From IMG/VR virus record IMGVR_UViG_3300036816_000028, positions 1 through 53,375 of that record: 53,375 bases of DNA, one strand, 5' to 3'. The notes below the pieces were generated by a model. That model worked only from the letters and a program-made list of their open reading frames with translations. It was not told the origin of the DNA and did not search any database. A program made the position numbers and the translations under genes. Position 1 is the stretch's first letter; the number at the start of each line of letters is the position of its first letter. Source of the DNA: a virus (lineage: Duplodnaviria; Caudoviricetes). This document shows positions 45,670-53,375 of this stretch, piece after piece.

Positions 45670-46089
45670 ATGAAGGACTTCTCCCGGGCGCGGCCCACTG
45701 TAGGATTCAAGATCGATAACGACGTCTTCACCGGGGTCCCCGCCATGTCGGCCGACGACATGGTGACCCTGGTGGCGACGTTCTCCGACATGGACGAAAA
45801 CGACCCGGTCCAGGTAGCCAAGACGATCAAGAACATCGTCAGGAACCTCCTGGACAGCCGGTCGGCGGACGTCTTCGTCAACCGGATGGGCGACCGGACG
45901 AACCCGATCGAGTTCGACCAGGCCAACGAGATCATTCTCTGGCTGATGGGTGAGTACGGCATGCGCCCTACCGAACAGCCCTCACCCTCTGGGAGTGGGC
46001 CAGCCAGCCCGGAGTCTGGCATGAGCTTGACGGAACCTACGTCGGTCGCGGTATCGACCTCCTCTCCCTCCCCTGGGCCCAATTCCTGA
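45670..46089 (+). CDS. Tail assembly chaperone (G)
   Basis: Directly upstream of tape measure; TAGCGT-N7-ATG leaderless start. Confidence 0.75.
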   Translation: MKDFSRARPTVGFKIDNDVFTGVPAMSADDMVTLVATFSDMDENDPVQVAKTIKNIVRNLLDSRSADVFVNRMGDRTNPIEFDQANEIILWLMGEYGMRPTEQPSPSGSGPASPESGMSLTEPTSVAVSTSSPSPGPNS

Positions 46090-46355
46090 ACGTGATCTAT
46101 GCCGAGATGCTTCAGCGCATGGACGTCAAGCCCGAAGAGGACGCGGAACAGATCCGCAAGGGCTTCGACAACCAGCTAGGCGTCTCCGGTTGGCAGGTGC
46201 CGGGACGGGAGCCGGTGTACGACGTGCCGGAAGTCGATCCGCGGGCACCGCTGTGGTGGCAGGGGGACGAAGAGGCCAGCTCCAGCTTCCTGGCCGCATA
46301 CGGGATCACGCTGACCGATGGTCCCCTTCCCGGAGAGGAATCCGCCAGTGGCTGA
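45966..46355 (+). CDS. Tail assembly chaperone -1 frameshift extension (GT)
   Basis: Open -1 frame from 45954 without start codon until 46092: PYRTALTLWEW...ELDG...LP..FLNVIY; GC3 bias switches into this frame. Confidence 0.7.
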   Translation, partial: PYRTALTLWEWASQPGVWHELDGTYVGRGIDLLSLPWAQFLNVIYAEMLQRMDVKPEEDAEQIRKGFDNQLGVSGWQVPGREPVYDVPEVDPRAPLWWQGDEEASSSFLAAYGITLTDGPLPGEESASG

Positions 46356-49300
46356 CGAAGTCATCGGCCGCGGATTGATCGAGATCCTTCCCGATTTCAA
46401 GAAGTTCGGGAAGGAACTCTCCGCGGGCATGAAGACCGCGAAGGCACAACTGGACGGCTCCACGGCCGGTCTGAAGGCGTCGGCCGGAACCATCTTCAAC
46501 TCCATGGCGAAGGTCGGTAAGGGCGTCTCCGTCGTCGGGGTCGGGGTGGCCGCTGCGTCGGTCAAGATGGCCGGGACGTTCCAGGCGGAGACCGCCGTCC
46601 TTCAGACGGCCGCCGGGGAGTCGGCCAAGAACTTGGCTACGGTCCGGAAGGGAATCCTGTCCATCTCGGAGGGCACCGGGACCGGGATCAAGAACCTGAC
46701 CGACGGCATGTACACGATCGAGAAGGCGGGGTACCGGGGCGCCGCCGGTCTGGGTGTGCTGAAGGCCGCCGCGGAGGGTGCGAAGGAGGAGAACGCCCAG
46801 CTCTCCGACGTCACCAATGCGATGACCAGCGTCATGGCGTCGTACCACCTGAAGGCCACCGACGCCACGCGCGTGATGAACGCGCTGAAGACGGCCGCCG
46901 GTGAAGGCAAGATCACCATGGAGCAGTTCTCCGGCGCCTTGTCCACGGTGCTGCCGATCGCGTCGGCCAACAAGATCAGCTTTGCCCAGGTGGCCGGTGC
47001 GGTCGCGACCCTCACCCAGCACGGCACGTCGGCGAACGAAGCCACCCAGGAGCTGGCGGCCACAATCCGCCAGCTTGCGGCGCCCAACAACGTGGCCGTC
47101 AAGGAGATGGCCCGCTTCGGGATCACCGCCCAGGACGTCTCCCTGAACTTGGGGAAGAAGGGTCTGACCGGGACTATCAATGAACTGGTCCAGGCCGTTC
47201 TGACGAAGATGGGGCCCAGCGGAAAGATTCTTCTTTCGTCTTTCAACACCACTCAGCAGGCCAGTACCGCGCTGAATGCGATGTTCGAAAAGATGCCGAA
47301 GTCCCTCCAGGATTTGGCCACTCAGTACAAGAACGGAAAGATCGCGTCCGATGACTGGAAGATGGCTATCAAGGGCCTTCCAGTAGATCAGAAGAACCTG
47401 ATCAGTCAGTACGTCACGCTGACCAACAAGAACAAGGGCTTCTCCGACGAACTCCGCAAGGGCGGCCCGGCCACCAAGACCTTCACCGAAGCAATCAAGA
47501 AGATGTCCGGTGGCGCTATCGGATTGAACACCGTTCTCCAGCTTTCCGGAGAAAGCCAGGCCGGATTCCAGGACCGGGTGAACAAGGTCAGCAAGTCGTA
47601 CAACAATGCTTCCAAGGAAGTGGAAGGCTGGAAAACCACCCAGGGGCTGTTCAACACCCAGCTTGCACGGATGAAGCAGACCGTGGAAGTTCTGATGATC
47701 GACCTGGGGACGAAGCTGATCCCGATCCTCCAGACCATGATTACCTGGCTGGGGAAGAACAAGGACGCCGTTTACCTCCTGGCCGGAGCCATCGGAACCG
47801 TCCTGACCCTGTCGGTAGTCGCCTTCGCGGCCAAGACCGTGGTGTCTGCCGCGAAGATCGTTACATCCTTCGCGAAAATCGGCGTCAGCGCGGTGACGAT
47901 GGGGGTCAACTTCGCGCGCGGATTCGCCTCCGCGTCGGCCGCCGCGTCCAGCTCCTCCGGCTTGGCGGGAACCCTGGGAGGAAGCCTGGCGCGGGCGTTC
48001 GACGGCATCCGGCTACGGGCCATGTACGCCGCGGACGCCATCCGGACCAGCTTCGCCAGCGGCGGCATCCGTACAGCCATGACCAGCACCGGCAACGCGG
48101 TAAAGACCTTCGGGAAGAACATCGCCTCCGTGGCGTCGTCGGCAGGGAAGTCGGCCTGGACCGGGATTGTGTCTGGCCTGTCCTCCGTCGGGAAGGGCAT
48201 GAAGGCCGCAGCCATCGCCACCCGGGACTTCACCGTGGCGACCGCCCAGAGCGCGGCGGCCGGGGCGAAGGCGGCGCTGGTCTGGACGGCGCAGCGGATC
48301 AAGACTCTGGCCCAGGCCGCCGCTACCGGGATCGCAACCGCCGCCCAGTGGCTGTGGAACACGGCCATGGATGCCAACCCGATTACCCTAGTGGTCATCG
48401 CTATTGCCGCGCTGGTCGCAGCAATTGTTTATGTGGCTACACAAACGGACTGGTTCCAGAAGCTTTGGAAGGACGCTTGGTCCGGAATTACTATCGCCTT
48501 CAATGCGACATGGACATTTATTCGCGATCACTGGAAGCTTATTCTGGCCATTCTCACCGGTCCAGTAGGCGGAGCAGTCATCTTCATTCTTTCCCATTGG
48601 AAGATGATTCTTTCCGGTATCGAGTCGGTGTTCAACTGGATAAAGGGCCACTGGGTACTCCTGGTTGAAATCATCACCGGGCCCATCGGTATTGCGACCA
48701 CCTACGTGGTCCAGCACTGGCAGAAGATCAAGGACGGGGCGTCGGCCGCCATCAGTGCGGTAGGCCGTTTCTTCTCGAACCTGGGCCACACCATCACCAG
48801 CTCCGTCGGGAGCTTGTCCAAGACGCTGTACAACGCAGGTGCCAACCTGATCCACGGTCTGATCTCCGGCGCCCAGTCCGTCATGAAGGGGATCAAGAAC
48901 TGGGCCACCGGAATCAAAAATTCCATCGTGGGAGCGATCAAGGACGTATTCAAGATCAGCTCTCCGTCCCGGGTCATGATGACCATGGGTGGCCACATGA
49001 TGACCGGTCTTCTCCACGGCATGCTGAAGGGGAAGAAGGTGCTGCACTCCGCTGTGAAGGGGTTGTTCAGCTCCCCCCTGGACGCCGCAAAGAACCTGGT
49101 GAAGAACGGCGTGAACCTGTCCACAGAATGGGTCGGGAAGATCTTCGGCGGAGGCGGGGCCGACAACAAGGGGTACAGCTCCAAGGCGGTCGGTTCCGCC
49201 CAGTCGTTCGCCAAGGCCATCCTGGGGAATTACAACTGGGGCCCCAACGAATTCGGTCCGTTGAAGTCTCTGTGGAACGGGGAATCCGGCTGGAACTACC

Positions 49301-49743
49301 AGGCGTTGAACAAGTCCTCCGGTGCGTACGGCATCCCCCAGGCGCTCCCCGCGTCGAAGATGGCCAGCGCGGGAAGCGACTGGAAGACGAACGCCCAGAC
49401 ACAGATTCTGTGGGGTCTGGGGTACATCCGGGACCGCTACGGAACCCCGGCCGAAGCCTGGGCGAAGTGGCAGGCGCGATCCCCGCACTGGTACGACAGC
49501 GGCGGCTGGCTGCCGACCGGCCTGTCCATGGTCATGAACGGCACCGGGCGGCCGGAGCGCATCCGCAACTCCCGGCAGGAGGCCGCGCTGGGCAACGGCA
49601 CCGGGGCGGGCGTGACCATTAACCTGACCGTCGTGAACAAGGGCGTGATCTCCAACAAGCAAGACGCGATGGACTTCCTGGTGTCCGCCCTGGACACCCT
49701 GAACCGCCAGCACCGGCTCCCGAAGGGGCTGGGTGGTAGCTGA
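46348..49743 (+). CDS. Tape measure protein with C-terminal SLT lytic transglycosylase
   Basis: ~1130 aa Ala/Gly-rich helical, Trp-spaced repeats; GESGWN...SGAYGIPQ...YIRDRYG. Confidence 0.92.
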   Translation: MADEVIGRGLIEILPDFKKFGKELSAGMKTAKAQLDGSTAGLKASAGTIFNSMAKVGKGVSVVGVGVAAASVKMAGTFQAETAVLQTAAGESAKNLATVRKGILSISEGTGTGIKNLTDGMYTIEKAGYRGAAGLGVLKAAAEGAKEENAQLSDVTNAMTSVMASYHLKATDATRVMNALKTAAGEGKITMEQFSGALSTVLPIASANKISFAQVAGAVATLTQHGTSANEATQELAATIRQLAAPNNVAVKEMARFGITAQDVSLNLGKKGLTGTINELVQAVLTKMGPSGKILLSSFNTTQQASTALNAMFEKMPKSLQDLATQYKNGKIASDDWKMAIKGLPVDQKNLISQYVTLTNKNKGFSDELRKGGPATKTFTEAIKKMSGGAIGLNTVLQLSGESQAGFQDRVNKVSKSYNNASKEVEGWKTTQGLFNTQLARMKQTVEVLMIDLGTKLIPILQTMITWLGKNKDAVYLLAGAIGTVLTLSVVAFAAKTVVSAAKIVTSFAKIGVSAVTMGVNFARGFASASAAASSSSGLAGTLGGSLARAFDGIRLRAMYAADAIRTSFASGGIRTAMTSTGNAVKTFGKNIASVASSAGKSAWTGIVSGLSSVGKGMKAAAIATRDFTVATAQSAAAGAKAALVWTAQRIKTLAQAAATGIATAAQWLWNTAMDANPITLVVIAIAALVAAIVYVATQTDWFQKLWKDAWSGITIAFNATWTFIRDHWKLILAILTGPVGGAVIFILSHWKMILSGIESVFNWIKGHWVLLVEIITGPIGIATTYVVQHWQKIKDGASAAISAVGRFFSNLGHTITSSVGSLSKTLYNAGANLIHGLISGAQSVMKGIKNWATGIKNSIVGAIKDVFKISSPSRVMMTMGGHMMTGLLHGMLKGKKVLHSAVKGLFSSPLDAAKNLVKNGVNLSTEWVGKIFGGGGADNKGYSSKAVGSAQSFAKAILGNYNWGPNEFGPLKSLWNGESGWNYQALNKSSGAYGIPQALPASKMASAGSDWKTNAQTQILWGLGYIRDRYGTPAEAWAKWQARSPHWYDSGGWLPTGLSMVMNGTGRPERIRNSRQEAALGNGTGAGVTINLTVVNKGVISNKQDAMDFLVSALDTLNRQHRLPKGLGGS

Positions 49744-52106
49744 TGGCCATCGCCTTCGTAGGTGCTTCCACGCTGTCCGCCAACACTGGCGGGGCCAACC
49801 ACATCCAGGCCGTTCCGCTGCCGACCGGGCACGCGGCGGGGAACCTCCTGCTCCTGGTCATCACGTCCGACTCGATCAAGACGGCCACCGTTCCGGCCGG
49901 ATGGGCCCGGGTCTTCGGCATCCAGGCGGGGACGTCGTCGGCGTCCCCGTTCGCCGCGTATCCGACCACGGTCGTCTACTACAAGATCGACAGCGGTTCG
50001 GAGGGCTCCTCCGTATCCGTGAACTTCCCCACGGACAACTGGCCCCAGGGCGACGCCTACACCGCGACCGCCGTCCTGGCGTACAGCGGCACCGACCAGA
50101 CGTCCCCGGTGGGGGAATGGGGCTGGTTCACCACCCAGTCCACCGCAGCGTCCCAGGCCCACCCGATCGTCACCACGTCCACCACTGGGGAATGGCTCCT
50201 GACGATCCGCGCCGTCTCCACCCAGGGGAGGAATCCGAACTTCACCGTCTCCGGCGGGACCAACGCGGAGCGCGCCGACTTCGGGGACGGTCAGAACGAA
50301 CTGGCCATGGCGCTGTACGACTCGAACGGGTCGCTCACCGCCGGGGCTCAGACCCAGCGGACCACGGTCTCCAGCACCGTGGCCGACTGGGGCTCCAACG
50401 TCATCTCCCTGGCCGTCCGGGTCCCGACGCCCAGCATCGCCCAGGGCCCGACCGCCACGGCCGCGGGGACGGCCTACGGCGCCACGGTGCACGCCGTGGA
50501 CGGTCCCTGGGACCTGTGCGCCGCATTGCCCTCCTACACCTTCGCGGTGGACTGGGCGGGGGACGGAAGCTTCACCACGCCCGGCGACGACGTCACGTCC
50601 GACATCCTGGACGGCGGGGTCACGATCGCGTACGGCCGGGACGACAACCGCCAGCTCTCCCCGCCGAAGACCGGGAACGCGGCCTTCTCCCTGAACAACA
50701 CGGACCGCACGTACTCCCCGGAGAACGCGGCCGGACCGCTGTACGGGGACCTGGACCCGGCGCGCGAGTGCCAGGGCTCCGTGACCTTCTACGGGCAGAC
50801 GTACCCGCTGATGTTCCAGCGCGTGGACGACTTCACCGTCCACGCGGACATGGATGACCGGACCGTGGACTTCACCTTCCTGGACGGCCTGAACCTCCTG
50901 TCCGGCGTGACCCTGTCCACCGACGTCCAGTCCGGCCAGCGTACCGGCGCGCTGATCAACTACGTCCTTGACCTGGCAGGCTGGACCGGTGGCCGGGACA
51001 TCGACCCGGGTGTGACCATCGTGCCCTGGTGGTGGGTGGAGGGCACCGATGCCCTGTCCGCGATCAACGACCTGGTGAAGAGCGACGGGCCGCCGTCGGT
51101 CGCCTACGTCTCCCCGGACAACACCTTCGTCTTCCGGGACCGCCATCACCGGCTTCTGGATGAGAAGTCGGTGAACGTCCAGGCAGTCTTCTCCGGTAAC
51201 AAGCTGATGGACTGCACGTCCCCGTCGGCCACCGGCCTGAACTTCTCCGCTCCGTTCGACTATGAGAACGGTTGGAAGAATATCGTCAACAGCGTGTCCT
51301 TCACCGTCTCGGAACGGAGTCCGGACACAGGCTTGACCGCCGTCTGGACCAACGACTCCACCCTGTCCCTGTCCACCGGCCAAAGCGTGACCCTGACCGT
51401 CTCCGGCGGGGACCCGTTCATCAACGCGGTGACGCCGGTGGTCGGAACGGACTACGTCCTCACCGGTTCCGGGACGGCCCAGATCCAGCTCTCCCGGACG
51501 TCGGGCCAGTCGGTCACCCTGTCCATTCTGGCGGTGGGCTCCCCGATCACCATCAGTGGACTCCAGGTGCGCGCCCAGGCCATCGCGGTCCGGAACACAA
51601 TCATCGTCGGCCAGGACGACGCGGGGTCCATCTCCGCGCACGGCCAGAAGTCCTACACCGACACTGCCCCCTGGGCCGGAGTGAACGACGCCTTCGCGGT
51701 CGCGGAAGCCATCCTTCTGCACTACGCGAAGCGGCGGCCCACGGTCTCCCTGCGGATCTCCGCGAAGAACGGCGCTCACCTGGTACAGATCCTGTCCAGG
51801 TCCATCTCCGACCGGATTCATATCGTTAACGGTGAAATGGGAATTGACGACGATTTCTTTATTGAAAATGTCGCCCACACCATTCAGCGGATGAACAATT
51901 CAAATGGACAGCCTCCCGTCCATTCCGTGGTGTTCGGATGCGAGAAAGAGGTGTTCGTGACCGCGAACCCCTTCCGCTTCGACGTTCGCGGGGCGGGCTT
52001 CGATCAAGGCGTGTTCGACCAGATAGGGTCCAGTGACCCGACCACCGTCTTCGTCTTCGGGGACACCGGCCGGGGCGTCTTCGACTTCGGAACCTTCGGA
52101 CTGTGA
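49743..52106 (+). CDS. Minor tail protein (787 aa)
   Basis: TGATG-coupled to tape measure; beta-rich tail-tip/hub-like C-terminal half. Confidence 0.8.
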   Translation: MAIAFVGASTLSANTGGANHIQAVPLPTGHAAGNLLLLVITSDSIKTATVPAGWARVFGIQAGTSSASPFAAYPTTVVYYKIDSGSEGSSVSVNFPTDNWPQGDAYTATAVLAYSGTDQTSPVGEWGWFTTQSTAASQAHPIVTTSTTGEWLLTIRAVSTQGRNPNFTVSGGTNAERADFGDGQNELAMALYDSNGSLTAGAQTQRTTVSSTVADWGSNVISLAVRVPTPSIAQGPTATAAGTAYGATVHAVDGPWDLCAALPSYTFAVDWAGDGSFTTPGDDVTSDILDGGVTIAYGRDDNRQLSPPKTGNAAFSLNNTDRTYSPENAAGPLYGDLDPARECQGSVTFYGQTYPLMFQRVDDFTVHADMDDRTVDFTFLDGLNLLSGVTLSTDVQSGQRTGALINYVLDLAGWTGGRDIDPGVTIVPWWWVEGTDALSAINDLVKSDGPPSVAYVSPDNTFVFRDRHHRLLDEKSVNVQAVFSGNKLMDCTSPSATGLNFSAPFDYENGWKNIVNSVSFTVSERSPDTGLTAVWTNDSTLSLSTGQSVTLTVSGGDPFINAVTPVVGTDYVLTGSGTAQIQLSRTSGQSVTLSILAVGSPITISGLQVRAQAIAVRNTIIVGQDDAGSISAHGQKSYTDTAPWAGVNDAFAVAEAILLHYAKRRPTVSLRISAKNGAHLVQILSRSISDRIHIVNGEMGIDDDFFIENVAHTIQRMNNSNGQPPVHSVVFGCEKEVFVTANPFRFDVRGAGFDQGVFDQIGSSDPTTVFVFGDTGRGVFDFGTFGL

Positions 52107-52117
52107 GGAGCAGACCA

Positions 52118-52474
52118 ATGACCGAACCGGCGCCGGTGCGCGCCTACGTCTACGGCGGGGACTGGGTGGCCGACTGCGGGCGGGACGGGTGCTCGAACGT
52201 GGAGCACCTGTTCACCCCTGCCCGGATGAACGGTCCGCGTATCCTCCAGCGACCGTTCTACGCCTGCTCCTACTGCGGGTTCCAGGCGGACATCTCCTGG
52301 CCGGACACCGGCTTCATGGCGGAAATCGGGGAGATCCTGGGGAAGCGGCCGATCCCCGACACCCGGAACTGGTACCCCCAGGACCATGCCACCGCGATCC
52401 GTTTCCGCATCCCGCACGGCCAGAGCGCGGCCGACCTGCGGGCGGAGAACGAAGCCCACGGGGTGCCCGCATGA
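52118..52474 (+). CDS. Cys-rich tail-region protein
   Basis: GAGGAG RBS; WVADC...C...CSYC, RNWYP. Confidence 0.7.
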   Translation: MTEPAPVRAYVYGGDWVADCGRDGCSNVEHLFTPARMNGPRILQRPFYACSYCGFQADISWPDTGFMAEIGEILGKRPIPDTRNWYPQDHATAIRFRIPHGQSAADLRAENEAHGVPA

Positions 52475-53010
52475 CCTGGTCCGCGCCGATGACGGCGGTA
52501 GCCGGGTCGATCTTCAGCGCGGCCCAGTTCAACCAGTACGTCCGGGACAACCTGAACGAGACGGCACCTGCGAAGGCGTCTGCCGACGGCCAGGTGTTCG
52601 TGGCCACCGGAGCGAACGCCATCGACGTCCGGGTACCGGCCAGCGCCCGGGTGAACACGTCGGAGACCACCACGGCTACCTCCTACGGGGACCTGGCCAC
52701 CGTCGGGCCCTCCGTGACGTGCACCACCGGCGCGCACGCCCTGGTGATCGTCACGGCCGACATGGACAACAACTCCGACAACGCGGCGTCCAGTGCCAGT
52801 TTCGCCATCACCGGTGCGTCGTCCATCGCAGCCGCGGACAGCCACCGCATCGCCCGGGACGGCCACCCTGCGAGCAACATCGTCCGGTACTCCGCGGCCA
52901 GCTTCTTCAACACCCTGGTTCCGGGCTCCAACATCTTCACCATGAAGTACCTGGTGGGGTCCGGAACCGGTACGTTCGCCAACCGGGAGATCTTCGTCTT
53001 CCCGATGTGA
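52471..53010 (+). CDS. Minor tail protein
   Basis: MTWSAPMTAVAGSIFSAAQFNQYVRDNL N-terminus; ATGA overlap. Confidence 0.75.
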   Translation: MTWSAPMTAVAGSIFSAAQFNQYVRDNLNETAPAKASADGQVFVATGANAIDVRVPASARVNTSETTTATSYGDLATVGPSVTCTTGAHALVIVTADMDNNSDNAASSASFAITGASSIAAADSHRIARDGHPASNIVRYSAASFFNTLVPGSNIFTMKYLVGSGTGTFANREIFVFPM

Positions 53011-53035
53011 TCCGAGAGAGGAAGGAGGCGCCGTC

Positions 53036-53329
53036 ATGGCGGCTACCACGATCGTCCAGTACGTCCAGATCATGCGGAACGCCCAGTGGGACCTGGCGCG
53101 GAAGCTGGGTGCCGACCTGTCGGCCGCCGACCGCCAGACCCGAGTCCTGATGATCTCCACTTTGGCCGTCCAGGCGGTGCTGATCGAAGTCCTGGTAGCG
53201 AAGGGGGTGGTGAAGGACGCCGAACTCCTGGGCGCGCTCAACGCGGCGCGGGCCGATCCGTCGTACCTCCCTCCGGTGGAACCGGTCTACCCCGTCATCT
53301 GGAACACCGACCCTGTGACGGGGTTCTGA
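53036..53329 (+). CDS. Hypothetical protein (97 aa)
   Basis: AAGGAGG RBS. Confidence 0.7.
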   Translation: MAATTIVQYVQIMRNAQWDLARKLGADLSAADRQTRVLMISTLAVQAVLIEVLVAKGVVKDAELLGALNAARADPSYLPPVEPVYPVIWNTDPVTGF

Positions 53330-53375
53330 TGGCCTGGACCGTACCCATGACCGCGGTGGCGGGGAGCGTTTTCAC
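53329..53375 (+). CDS. Minor tail protein, paralog of 52471 (partial, runs off window)
   Basis: MAWTVPMTAVAGSVF matches MTWSAPMTAVAGSIF. Confidence 0.65.
   Translation, partial: MAWTVPMTAVAGSVF

Overview
A high-GC (~70%) tailed phage genome segment, most likely a Streptomyces-type actinobacterial siphovirus or phage-plasmid. The leftward arm (1-18483, mostly minus strand) carries a Streptomyces plasmid-type mycelial conjugation module (spd-like, traA-like, FtsK/SpoIIIE traB running off the left edge). The spd gene and its upstream DNA hold a dense GGACA/TGTCC motif field. The arm also has three glycosyltransferases plus an NDP-sugar epimerase, a permuted NlpC/P60 enzyme, RuvC (+ strand), SSB, a multi-domain Cas4-like exonuclease, two MazG-like proteins and an SF2 helicase. 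The rightward arm has an HTH protein, a single-ORF primase-SF3 helicase-PolA fusion with an internal origin-like palindrome, a TerS-like gene, a secreted Rpf-LysM protein, a papain-like peptidase, terminase, membrane/holin-like genes and a methyltransferase. The virion module follows: portal, 2H-phosphoesterase-MuF-protease fusion, hexamer and pentamer capsid proteins, tail tube, frameshifting chaperone, tape measure with SLT domain and minor tail proteins. No integrase, tRNA, CRISPR or IS element is visible. All calls come from motif recognition by eye; no database searches were run.
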